From Lama glama (lineage: Eukaryota): DNA of 64,000 bases. Position 1 is the first letter of the stretch. Each line of letters begins with the position of its first letter. A model generated the notes under the pieces. That model did no database searches, was not told where the DNA came from, and saw nothing but the letters and a program-made list of their open reading frames with translations. The stretch lies in the NCBI GenBank assembly GCA_028534125.1, contig CM052817.1, positions 59,088,001 through 59,152,000 on the forward strand, written 5' to 3'. A program made the translations under genes and the position numbers. Positions 38,320-50,750 of this stretch are shown one piece after another.

Positions 38320-38494
38320 TGCTTAATTTTAATCCTACTTAATTTATATAATTAATTTACATGAATGTTTCCAGTTTTCATCCAAGGCATACATGTCTGT
38401 ATCCATGAATTTTGAGAATTTGTATTCGTTGTTGTTTGATTCTAAGCAATATATGTAGTTATTATTTGTTTTTTAATCTTCAGATGCATGGAAT

Positions 38495-40149
38495 TTTTTT
38501 TGATTAATAAACTTTATTTTTTAGAATAGCTTTAGATTCACAGCACAACAGAGTGCAAAGTGCAGACTTCTTGTTCCCACACACAGGCACAGGCTTTCCC
38601 ATTATTGACATTGTACATGAGAGTGGTACATTTATTACAATCATGAACCTACGTTGATAACATCATTATTATTCAAAGTTCATGATTTACATTAGCATTC
38701 ACTCCTGGTGTACATTCTGTTAGTTTTGAAAAATTTATAACAATGTGTATCCATCATTTTTGTAACATACTGTATAGTTTCACTGCATTAAAAATCCACT
38801 GTGCTCTGCCTATTCATTCCTCCCTGCTCCCTACCTGCTGGCAACCACGGATCTTTTTATTGTCTGTATAGTTTTTCTTTTCCTAAATGTCATCTACATG
38901 AAATAATACAGTGTGTAGCCCTTTCAGATTGACTTAGTAATATGTGTTTAAGTTTCCACCATGTTTTTTCAGGGCTTGGTAGCTCATTTCTTTTTAGCAC
39001 TGAGTAACATTCCACTGTCTTGATTACTACACTTTATCCACTTACCTACTGAAAGACATCTTGGTTTCTTCCAAGTTTTGGCAGTTAAGAATAAAGCTTC
39101 TATAAGCCTCCATGTGCAGGTTTTTGTATAGACATAAGTTTTTACTTTATTTGGGTAAATACCAAGGAGGGTGAATTGCTGGATGGTACTGTTGCAGGAG
39201 AGGAAAATGTCACATCCTGGAACCTGCAAGAGTCCTTACGGCTGACCGCCAAGTTAAAACCCTTGGCTTAACGCAGGAAAGAATTCAAGAGTGAGCCAAA
39301 GAAAAGCAAAAACAAGTTTATTTACAGGGATACACACTCCATCAGCAGAATGGTGACCATCCAGAAAGTGAGGGCCACCCCAGGACACAGTCATTGGTTT
39401 TTATGAGCTAAATAGTTTCATACGCTAATGAGTGGGCAGAATATTCTTGCTATTTGGGGGAAGAGTGGGGGTTTCCTCGGAATTGGGCCACTGCCCACTT
39501 TATGGCCTTTTATGGTCTGTCGCAGAACTGCTGTGGCATCAGAGGGAGTGATTTTTAGTACAATGAAGGTATAACGAGCTAAATGTCAGTGACAGGACTA
39601 TTCTCAGAGCCTCCTTGGTTTTAGCTGATTCCTGGTGAGTTTTATCGCGTCCTAGTAGCTTCGCCCCTTTCTTCATTTACCTAGCAGCTGTCCTGCCCCT
39701 TTCCCTTCTGTCTCAGTGTGATAAGGGTATGTTTAGTTTTGCAAGGAACTTCCAAAACATTTTCCAAAGTGGTTGTACCATTTGTGTCCCCACCAGCAAT
39801 GAATGAGAATTTCTTGCTGCTCGATATCCTCACCAATGTTTGTTGTATCAGCGTTCCATATTTTGGCCATTCTAATAGACCTGGCCATTCTAATAGATTC
39901 ATTGTTACTTTAATTTGCATTTCCCTAATGACATATGTTGTTGAACGTATTATTGTATACCTACTTGCCATCTACTTTGGTGAGATATCCACTCACGTCT
40001 TTTGCCCATTTTTTATTTGGGTTATTCATTTTCTTATTGTTGAGTTTTAAGAGTTCTTTTTATATTTTGGATAAATCTTTATCAGATGTGCCTTTTGCAG
40101 ATATTTTCTCCTGGTCTGTGGCTTGTCTTCTCATTCTCTTGATGTGGAG
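38495..40149 (-). mobile_element. L1MC-type 3' region, split by an LTR
   Basis: Minus-strand ORF2-like peptides 'LLGIYPNKVKTYVYTKTCT..LIEALF..AKTWKKPRC' and 'IREMQIK'. 3'UTR 'actttattttttagaatagctttagattcacagca'. Confidence 0.88.
39190..39715 (-). mobile_element. ERV1-type solo LTR (526 bp) nested in L1MC
   Basis: TG...CA ends. Contains 'gcaggaaagaattcaagagtgagcca'. Minus-strand AATAAA at 39317-39322. Flanks gtac / gtgt fit a decayed 4-bp TSD. L1 resumes on both sides. Confidence 0.85.
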
Positions 40150-40369
40150 TTTTTTTCCTACTTTTTTTTATTATGACCAAAGACCTATTTTTTTTCCTAC
40201 TTTTATTTATTATGACCAAAGACCATAGTAAAAAATACATGGTTATTTTGAAATTGGTTTCTCTATCTTTTTTAGTTTTGTGCATGGTCAAATTTTGTGA
40301 ATGTTTCGTGAATGTTGCTAAATGTTTATTATTTTGAATAGGGCATGTGAAGTTCCATATGATGTACCA

Positions 40370-40600
40370 TTTAATAGCATAGGCTCTGGAATTCAGAGTA
40401 ACTGATTTTGAAACCGTTTTGCCACTACTTTCTGAACAATTTTGGGCATATTAAAAATTCTGTGATTAGTTTTCTCAAATGAAAAATTGAGATAACAGTA
40501 AGATATCCCATAGACTTGGACTGAAGATTTAGGTGAATGAATTAATTTATGTAAATACACAATACCTCATAATGTGTTAAATACTCTCATGATTATTATT
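40370..40600 (+). mobile_element. MIR SINE
   Basis: 'agcataggctctggaattcaga...gccactactt...tttgggca...agttttctca.atgaaaaattgagataacagta'. Confidence 0.65.
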
Positions 40601-41668
40601 TATTATTTTGGAATAATTGTGAAGTTCATTGCATGTCTATATCTTTATTTTTTCTGCTTGATTTATCAGTTTTGGATAAGAATATATTAAGTGCTTTTAA
40701 TGTTTCATAGTTTAGTTACCTTATTTATATGAATATAGTATGAAACTATATTATTGAGTATGTCTCATGCTGAAAATATTATATTGATCCATTTTTCTTT
40801 TACCAGTATACAGTACCACTTTGTTATAATACTTTGTTAGGTTTTTTCTTGTTTGTTTTGTTTTTCATTGAATAGCAAATTGTTTATTTAAATTTACATC
40901 TTAGATTTCTTTTGGCCCATGGTCTTATTCCTTTATTTTAAAATTTCAGCCTTTTTCTGATTTAACTGTTTCTCATAGTCCTGACATATTGCTCATTTTT
41001 ATTTATTTGTTCGGGGAATCTGATTATATTTGGTTTAACCATTTACATTTATTGTAGTCACTGATATATTTCTTCCATTTTGTTTTCTATTTATTTTTAT
41101 TTCTTGACTTCCTTTGGATTTTTTACAGTTACTTCAGCTAATTTGAAGAATTATTTAATCTGTTTACATTCCTTTAAAAAGTACCTCTATTAAGACTGGT
41201 ATTTATTTTTATCTTTTTATTTATTTCTTATGCTTATCAATATGTATAACTTCTCCTGGATAAAAATTATATTATTGGGTACTCTCCCTTTCCTCTTTTC
41301 CTTTTTTTTTTTATATCCAGACTTCTGCTGCTGCCATTGTGTTAATTTTTGTCTAGAATTCTATATTTTAAAATCACTTGTTTTACACAAAAAGCAAACT
41401 TTACTAAATTATCTATTTATATCTAATTTATGTATATTTCTATATTTTAAAATCTCACCTTACAGTACAAATAATACTTCTGCTACATATAAAATTTTAG
41501 GCTTAAATTGCTTTCCTCATATAATTATCATTTTTTGCAGCCGGTATTACTATTAAAGAATCTGCTATCAATTTATAACTTGTTCTTTATAGATGATCTC
41601 CTTTTTATTTCTAGGAGGTTTATAGTTATTTTTATCGTCTATTATATATGTATATGTAGCATGTATAT

Positions 41669-41671
<3 letters not shown>

Positions 41672-41705
<34 letters not shown>
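41672..41705. repeat. (TG)n microsatellite, ~17 units
   Basis: Read directly from the sequence. Confidence 0.97.
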
Positions 41706-41707
<2 letters not shown>

Positions 41708-43149
41708 ACCTTATCTGCCCTTTACATATTTTGTGGACATTTAACTGGGTCTTTCTTCTTCCTTAAATCCTGGAAAATTCTCTACCAATTTTCCTCATGC
41801 TTCTCTACTATCTATCTATTTATTTATTTATTTAAAATAATTCCTCCTTAGGCTCCTTTGATACAAAATTTGACATTTTAACCTTTATTTCCATGTTTCT
41901 TAACTTTTACTTTCTATTGTCAAACTTTCCATTCCTTCATTTCTCCTGGAGAGAATTAAGCTTCTTATTTAAAAAAAAAATCTTTATAATATTTACTGTA
42001 GAGCATGCTCATTTCACACTAAATTAAGTGAAACTTTAAAACATTAAATGAAATTAAATCAAGCACTCTTTTTGTATGTGATAATATCAACAATATCAAC
42101 AGTAATAATAATACTTGTTGAGTATTTTCTGTGTGCCAGGTGTTTTAACTCATTTGATGACACTATAGTCCTATGATTAACTAACATTGCTAGCTCCTCT
42201 TAGAAGTAATGAAGCTGAATCACAAAAAGACCTCTTCTACCTAAAGCAGGTCTCTCACTTGCCATTTATTTCTCTTTAAGAGACTCTAGGTTGTTTTCTT
42301 CATAAACCTAATGTTTCATCATTATTATTGTTATCATTACTATTAAATAATTTTCCTATTTTTCTTTTTCTCTATTATTTTGTTGGTATCTGTCAGTATA
42401 CTATGTAGTAAAATGAGTATAGAAAACTGGTCTTGTTCTTAACTGAAATATCAAGTGCAATAAATTGTGCTTAATTCATAGTAGTTTACTAAATATTTGA
42501 GAAATCAATGAATTAACTGAAAATAGTCTTAACTTGTATTTGAATTACAGATAGCCATTGATGGTCATGCTTTTAACATCATAACAAGCCATAATTATGG
42601 TATAGATTTTTCAATTAGGAGTTAATGCATAACTTGCAATATTTTGAATCAGTAGGTCATTGAATTCCAAAGCAAATTTTGCCTTTAAGCCATTTTGTGT
42701 GGGAAATCTGTATAAGATTGCATATTCTCAATGATATATATGCTATAGACAGGGAAATTTTAGAAATTATTAGAAATGAATTCTTCATTACATATACATG
42801 TATATATATTTAAAATGTGAGAAATATTAGTGAAGAAACTACTATTAATTTTAATGTATTAGAAGCCTAGTAAAGCACTGGCCTCTAGTTATGTGTTCCC
42901 ATCTGTCCTTTGGAAAATTACTTACTGTGAATTAAAAAAAGTTAAAAAGAGGAGTATTTAAACTTTCACTTAGGAGGCTAGAGTTCATAGGCTCCAGGGT
43001 ACAAAAGAATTTTATTGAAACATTAGAATCTAATAAAGACAAAGATAATGAGAAAGTTTTCTTCAAATAGCTTATTTAAGTGATCTTAGATCAAGAAAGG
43101 TTACAAATAGATTAATCCAATTTTTGAACTTTAGTACAGCTAGGTCAAC

Positions 43150-43955
43150 TTTGAATAAACATTTCACAAAAGTAGACATAACAATTGCTAATAAATACAT
43201 GCAAAGACTCTAAACATCATTAGTCACCAAGGAAGCACAAATTAAAACCACGAAGAGATTCCTCTGAAATGGCTATATTTGAACAACAGACAATATCAAG
43301 TGTTGCTAAAAATGTGGAGGAACTGGAACCCTTATACATTGCTGGTGGGAAGGTAAAATAGCTCAATAGTTATGGAAAACATTTTGACAAGGTCTTAAAA
43401 AGTTAAATATAACCTATCATACACAGCAGTTTCATTCTTATCAATCTGCTCTACAGAGATGAAAATATATGTTTGCCCAAATACTTGTTCATGAATGTTC
43501 TTGGCAACATTTCTCATAATAGCAAGAGCCAGAAACAATCCATATGTCATTCAGCTGATGAATAGATAAATAAAATCTGCTGTATTCATACAGTGGAATA
43601 CTATTCAGAACAAACTACCAATACATGCTGTAATAGGAGTGTACATCAAACACGTTATATTAAGTGAAAAGAGCCAGGTGCAAAAGACTATTTACTGTTT
43701 GATTCTGTTTACATAAAATGTTCTTAAGAGGAAATTTATAGAGATGAAAAGTGAATCAGTAGTTTTCTGGAACTAGGAGTATTTCTGGGGATTGACTGCA
43801 AACACGTATAAGGATACTTTTTGGAGGGATGAAAAAATTTAAAACTTAGTTGTGATGTTGCAATAAATACCTAAATTTACTTGAATATCTAAATTTATTT
43901 GAATTGTACATTTACAAACAGTGAATTTTATGACATTAATTTCAGCTGTTAAAAA
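43150..43955 (+). mobile_element. Ancient L1 3' end (L1MB/L1ME-type)
   Basis: 'aaacatttcacaaaagtagacata...aacatcattagtcaccaaggaa.cacaaattaaaaccac', 'gaactggaacccttatacattgctggtggga', 'catacagtggaatactattcag'. Confidence 0.85.
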
Positions 43956-44084
43956 TAGTTACTGATAAAAGGACAAAGTGGAATTCCTGTCTGTTGGGAG
44001 TCTGTCATAATCAATAAAAAAATTAAGTGAAATTATGTAAGACATTCTTCTAGGAATTTAATAATTAAAATATCAAAGCAACGA

Positions 44085-44535
44085 AAATAAACATTGATTG
44101 AGTGCTTTCCAGATGCCAGATTATTAACTCATTTAATCTCACCATAGTCCTAAGAAGTACCTACCATGAAAATCGTCCTTTTAGTGGGTGGGAAGGGATA
44201 GATTGGGAATTTGAAAAATTGCACCTCTTGGGGAGTGATAGAAATGCTAGCTATCCTGATTGTGGTAGTAGTTTCACTGGTGTATACATCTATCAAAATT
44301 CATCAAATTGTATATTTGAAATATGTGTAGTTTACTGTATAGGAACTATACCACAATAAAGGTGTCAAAAAAGAGAAAAAAAGTGAAAAAAAAGAAGAAA
44401 ATTTAAATCCTCTTTTTAGTGATAATGAAACCATAAACCAAAAAGATTAAGCTACTTAGTAATTACACAGCCGTTAGTTAGACCAGGACATTGATGCAGG
44501 CAGTCCAGCTTGAGAGAGCCTACTCTTAACCAAAT
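44085..44535 (-). mobile_element. MIR split by an old L1 3' tail (44187-44404, plus strand)
   Basis: MIR 'cattgattgagtgctt...tattaactcatttaatctcac' resumes after an A-rich tail. The insert 'gatagaaatgctagctatcctgattgtggtagtagtt...ccacaataaagg' is flanked by an imperfect TSD aaatcgtccttttagtg / aaatcctctttttagtg. Confidence 0.7.
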
Positions 44536-46654
44536 TTCCCTATCGCTACTGTCCATCCTGTGCGTGCAGCTACAATGAGAGAAATTGCTGTACAGTGAGA
44601 GAAAGGTGGGATGCAACAGTGTAATTTTTTACATAGGAATTTGTTTCAACTTTGTAATAATAATGATTAACATATTAGAAGTGTATTACATGCAAACCTA
44701 AGAGTATGTGACTAATATTTAAAGTTCCAGCTCAAATGATATGAAAAATACAGGTAAAAATTGTGATAATTAAGAGATACTGAAACAAAATAGGGTACCT
44801 ATGGTGAAAACTTTTTGCACCTTAAAAAAAAGTATCCCTAGAAATTTCTTTGCTCTTAGAAAAAACGTGGAAGTCAATCACCAAGGGTCAAGGTGGGCTC
44901 TTGTTTTATATTAAAGTTCCAGAGTTTCACAGAAATAAAACTAAACGATTTTCTTTCTGAGATAAATTGTAAGTCTGCAAATCAAGAGAATGTTTGGACT
45001 TGACAAAGATCTTGGGGTGTTTTTTTCCGTTACTAGGAAGATATTTAGCATAGTCTTTTAAATGAGTACACAATAATCGTTTAGACTGCATTTAAGTAAA
45101 TGGTAAAAAAGAAAATGGATATTTTTCTTGATATTTAACATCAAATCTAGCATAACCTAAATGCATTTTTCAAATGACTGAAATGTGAGAATGCAGTGAA
45201 TGATCTATAATCTGTTCCATGTTTCAATGAATTGTGACAATAAAAAATGCCTTCAGGATTTACTTTGGAGGTTTAATCAGGATTAACATAATAAAAACAC
45301 AGGGAAAGGATTAGAAGAATCATTTTAGGAAGGGTATTAAATTCAATATTTATAGGACTGAAAATGAAAGACAATAAATAGATACTGCAAAAAGAAATTA
45401 CAGTATACCCTGTTAAAAAGACAAACAATATATTGTCAAGGTAAGAGTAGAAAAAAAAGGGTGGAATATATTGTTAGAAATATCCATTAGTTTTTCTCTA
45501 GCCCTTAGGATTAAATATTTGACTGTATCAACTATTTTCCAAAATTTCTTAAATCTTTGTCAGTGGCAGGATATAATGGGAGTTTAATTAGAAGTACTAT
45601 TAGATTGAATGAGTGTGTTGGATTTATCTTAGACAGTGTTGCTATATTACTGCCCACTCTTCATATAAAAGTCCTTTTTTTTAATACTTATTGAGGAGAA
45701 TTAAATTACACTCAGGTTGTGGATTATACATGCAGGGGATCACAACTAAAGGCTAGATGTCATGGAAAAACCATAAACATGTTTTTAATAAATATGAAAG
45801 TATGACAAATGTGACTCTGCAGGAGTGAATACTATTAAACATTGAGGCTAGAATGATACATCATTTATTTTTAGAAAAAAGAGGGTATATTTTTCAGAGT
45901 TAAGAGAATTGTATCTATGTGGATCTTTATTAAATATGTTTTGAACTGTGGGAGTACGAGGTATTAATTGTTTCTCCTATTTTTATCTTCTTCTACCTAT
46001 AGACTGTTTTCCAAAAAAAAAAATCTGAAATTTCCTAAATTGACAATGGAATAAAAGCATAATAGGAGCTATAGGTCTTACCACAGATAAGAAGTCTTAC
46101 ATTAGCCACTAATGATGTTTCTATCTTAATAGTAATACTGGCTTTTAATTCACAAAGAACAAAAAAGCATTTGTAGATGAACAATTTTATAGAGGTTTCA
46201 TAATACCATCACTTAACCCCATCTGGTTTTATTAAATAATACTGGATAATAATTTTGTCTTATTCACACCATTAAAATCATCTTTAAGGAAAAATTGCAA
46301 AGCTATTATCATATTTTTATTTTACTCACCAATTTTTATTTCAATATCAATGTTTATGTTCCCTATTACCTATATATAACTATTTAGCAAACATGTATAA
46401 ATTAAAACGTGACTAAGTATGAATATATTTCAGAACTGTTTAACAGTCAGAAGTATCATGGTGACAAGAAGCCAGGTGACCAGAGTAATGAGCCAAATGA
46501 ATAAATTATTAACAGGCCCATCTGATTTTTAGCACTTATTTTCTTTGTTCCCTTGATGTATTCCTAATTCCTCTTAATCATTATATTCTTAAATAAATGG
46601 TTATTATACTTACTGATTTTAAACAGAAAGAAAACCAGTATCCCTTTTTGTAAC

Positions 46655-46821
46655 ATTTTTTATATCCTTTATTGAGATCTAATTCCCATACCATAAACTT
46701 CACCTTTTTAAAATATACAATTTAATGGTTTTCAGTATATTCATAGAGTTGAGCAGCCATCATAGCTGCCAAATTTGGAATGTTTTCAGTGCCCTACTTC
46801 TTGTCCCATTAGCAGGCACTC
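46655..46821 (-). mobile_element. L1MB-type 3' end running into the gap
   Basis: 'ctttattgagatctaattcccataccataaacttcacctttttaaaatatacaatttaatggttttcagtatattcatagagttg'. Confidence 0.8.
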
Positions 46822-47321
46822 NNNNNNNNNNNNNNNNNNNNNNNNNNNNNNNNNNNNNNNNNNNNNNNNNNNNNNNNNNNNNNNNNNNNNNNNNNNNNNN
46901 NNNNNNNNNNNNNNNNNNNNNNNNNNNNNNNNNNNNNNNNNNNNNNNNNNNNNNNNNNNNNNNNNNNNNNNNNNNNNNNNNNNNNNNNNNNNNNNNNNNN
47001 NNNNNNNNNNNNNNNNNNNNNNNNNNNNNNNNNNNNNNNNNNNNNNNNNNNNNNNNNNNNNNNNNNNNNNNNNNNNNNNNNNNNNNNNNNNNNNNNNNNN
47101 NNNNNNNNNNNNNNNNNNNNNNNNNNNNNNNNNNNNNNNNNNNNNNNNNNNNNNNNNNNNNNNNNNNNNNNNNNNNNNNNNNNNNNNNNNNNNNNNNNNN
47201 NNNNNNNNNNNNNNNNNNNNNNNNNNNNNNNNNNNNNNNNNNNNNNNNNNNNNNNNNNNNNNNNNNNNNNNNNNNNNNNNNNNNNNNNNNNNNNNNNNNN
47301 NNNNNNNNNNNNNNNNNNNNN
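46822..47321. other. Assembly gap (500 N)
   Basis: Run of exactly 500 N. The right edge is a (TA)n tract. Confidence 1.
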
Positions 47322-47771
47322 TATATATATATATATATAAAATAATGAATTGGATTACACAATTATAGAGGCTGGCAGATCCCTGCAGAGTGATTTGGTT
47401 GGCAAGCTGGAGACCCAGGAGAGTAGATGGTTTAGTTCCTGTCAGAACTAAAGGCCTAAGAACCAGGAGAGCTCTTAGTATATTTCCAGTTTAAAGGCCA
47501 GCTGCTTCAGTTTGAGTCTAAAGGCAGAAAGAAAAGCTTATGTCCCATTTCATAGGCCATCAGGCAGTCAGCCTTACTGCTCTATTCTGGACTTCGACTC
47601 ATTGAATGAAACCCATTCACACTAAGGAGGGCAATCTGCTTTACTCAGTATTCTGATTTAAATTTCATTCTCATTCAAAATACCTTCACTGAAACACTCA
47701 GTGTAATTTTAGACCACATATCTGAGTATCACATGGCCTAGTCAAGTTGACACAGAAAATTAACTATCCCA
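47322..47771 (-). mobile_element. ERVL LTR (MLT2 family)
   Basis: 'ggcaagctggagacccaggagag', 'ggagggcaatctgctttactcagt', 'ggcctagtcaagttgacacagaaaattaacta'. Confidence 0.88.
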
Positions 47772-48540
47772 TGAGGCATTTTTTTTCATTCGTTTGCAAA
47801 CTGTATGTGTTTTTGAATCTAACATGGGTCTCTTACAGACAGCATGTAGTTAGATCCTGGTTTGTTTGTTTCTTTAAAACCATTTTGCCTATCTCTGCCT
47901 CTTGATTAATGTGTTTAGCCAATTTACGTTCAAAGAATTTAATGGTAAGGTAAGAGTTATATCTTCCATTTGATACATATTTCTTTATGTCTTATATCTT
48001 TTTTGTTCTTCTAATCAGTGATTGCCTTCTTTATGATAGATATTTTCTGGTGTACTATTTTATTTCTCTTGATTTTTTTTACTATATATATTTTTGAGAT
48101 ATATTCTTAGTGATTGCCCTGGTGATTACAATTAACATTGTCACTTAATCTTGTTTGAATTGATATCAACTTTATTTCACAAAACTTTGTTCCACTATAT
48201 CTCTGTCTTCCACTCCGAAGTGCTCTTATTGTCATACAGGTTATATCTTCATATATCACAATCCATCAACATGGTTTTATGATAATTGCTTTTTGTAGCT
48301 GTCTTTTATATTTGCTATGAGAAGAAAATACTTAAAACAAAATTCATTTTACTATGTTTGTCATTTACCTATGCACTTCACTGGTACTTTTTGTTTATTC
48401 ACGTGGATTCAATTACTGTCTGGTATCTGTTCATTTCCTCATGAGGGATTCCCTTTAGTACTTCTTGTAAGGCAGGTCTAGTAGCAAAAAATCCCTTCAG
48501 TTTTCTTTCTTTCTTTTTTCACTCTCAAATTTCTTAATTA
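47772..48540 (-). mobile_element. Ancient L1M fragment (ORF1 end, spacer, ORF2 start)
   Basis: 'ggtctcttacagacagcatgtagttagatc' and 'ccctttagtacttcttgtaaggcaggtctagtagcaaaaaatcccttcag'. Confidence 0.75.
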
Positions 48541-49969
48541 GCACTTTACTTTTCCACTGCCCTTCTGTCTATAAGAATCCTATATAACTATTTTATGAAG
48601 TTCTGACAACTGTAAAATACCAGTTGGAAAGTGCTGCTCTAGGTCAATATTAAATGTGAAATATTCCACAGGTTAGAAAGACAAAAGTCATCTAATTAAA
48701 GTCAGTGACCATACTGAATAAAAGGAAATCTAGAACTAGAAAAATTTTTGTATTTTACAAAAAGATTTTACATTATCTTTAAGAACTTCCCTGAGAGAAA
48801 ATAGGACATGTGTATCAGTAGTAGATTAAGTATTAAAAGTACTGAAAGTTATATAACTTTTCCTGTTATTCAATTGGTAATTTATTACTTCAGTTTCACT
48901 TCAAAGTCAGATGACTCTTAAATTGTGAGATGCTTCCACTATATTGAAAGACATCATTTTAGAAATTCTAAGTATGTCTGAGAGGTTTCTTAATTTTGTA
49001 ACTTTGTTGATGACAGTCGTTATGAGATCTTTTTTTTGGAGGAGTATTTTCAGTTACTATTCGTCTCGATTTGATAAATGTTTTAAATTGGTTCTAAGTA
49101 AAAATAAATGAGGAAATTTCTATCATTTTTTAAAAAGGACAACAGATACACATAGTTTGGAACGATAAATATACAATTCTGCTTAAATGAGATATAGTTA
49201 CAAGATGGTAACAAGCATTTACTGAACACCTGTCAAGTTCTTGGAGATTTTTTTCCCCAGTTTTCAGTGAGTAGAAGTCTGGTTGTTGTCTCAATTCGAT
49301 ATTAATTGGTGGTAATTTGCTGGCAATAACCGAGTGATTGTGCCTAGTAGAGAGAGAATAAAAGAAGGCAACAAAGCAATAGCTGCTCTTAGAGCCTGAG
49401 AATGAGCAGATCCCAGGAGGAAACAAGTAGTTTGCTACAGCTGTGAGCCCAGAGGGGTCATATATCAGGGAATAGTTATCCCACTTGAGTTCTATCACTT
49501 ACCAAAAGGTATGAATAAATAACAAGTAAGGCAGGTTCTTAGACAAAATGTGTGATTATGTTGTCTTCCTACCAGGGATGAGAAAGAGCAGTGTTCTTAT
49601 CACATACAAATAGTCACAGGGTCTCCAGAGCTCTTCTCCTGCTGATCAGGGAGCTTGAAGAGTTTCTTGACAGAATACATGAGTTATTTTTATTAGAAAA
49701 TAACTAACTATGAATATGGTCTGTCCCTTACCTAATGCTTTCTTGTTTGTACATAAGCAGCCTCAATCTATCGACTTCCATACTGATCACCCTTCTCTAG
49801 AGATCATGTACTCTCTTGGTTAGGAGATGTCCCATTCTCTCTCCAACTACAGAAAAAACAGTCCCCACTGTAAAGTCACTAGGCCAGCACTGAGACCAGA
49901 CAGCCCCCACCCTAATCTCCTCAAAAGAAGTAATGTACATAACAGAGCTAAATATAGTGGGAGTGCAGA

Positions 49970-50750
49970 AGAAGGAAGCAATGGATTAATCTTGGGAGGA
50001 CCAGTAGTAATGTGTTGAGCTGATCTTGATAAGATGAGTAGGATGTGGCCAGATGTATGAAGAGAAATGGCATTTTAGGAAGTTGGACTTGTTTGAATAA
50101 AGTCTTCTAGGTCTTGAAATGCATAGCATTTAAGAACAATCAATCCACAATACACAATAAAACAGTATTGTATATGTGCCAAGGAGAGCTTGCTCTGAGA
50201 TCAAGGTGAAAATATAGGTAATTGTTGGAATCTGAAGTGTCTTGAATGCTAAGCTAATGAAAGGGTTTTTTTTGTTTTTCTTTTTTAAATCAGCAATAGA
50301 AGCCTCAAAGTGGTTGAGCGTCATTAATATGTTGAGATCTGTTTGGGGGCAAACAATTTTGGTACTAATGCAGAATATAGTATTTGAAAGAAAGATACCA
50401 ATAGAGACCATTGTGACAGCCAAATAAGAGAGGAAATGAAAGTATCTTGAGCAATGAGATGGCAGTAGAAAGAGAGGAGGAAATAGAATATTTTAGAATC
50501 AATAAGATGTGGTTTTGGATAATGGAGAAGAGGTTTAACAGTGACACAATTTTCTATATTTAATAAATGGTTCATACTTTCTTCTGAGATAGAACATTAA
50601 AGAACTGGAATATGTTTTGGAGGATATGATTAAAATAATTTGGTATATTTAGCATGGGGTATGTAAGGGATTGGTAAAGGCACACGGAAATTCATGTCTG
50701 AGGCTAATATAGGAGAGAGGTATTTAGAGGTATTGATCTGGGCCTGTCCA
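49970..50750 (-). mobile_element. L2 relics
   Basis: 'ttgagctgatcttga...gagtagga', 'gtcttgaatgctaagcta', 'atggcagtagaaagagaggagga'. Confidence 0.5.

Noticed and set aside
49130..49498. 122-aa minus-strand ORF
   Set aside because: It has a non-ATG start, no recognisable domain and no convincing splice context. It is consistent with chance.
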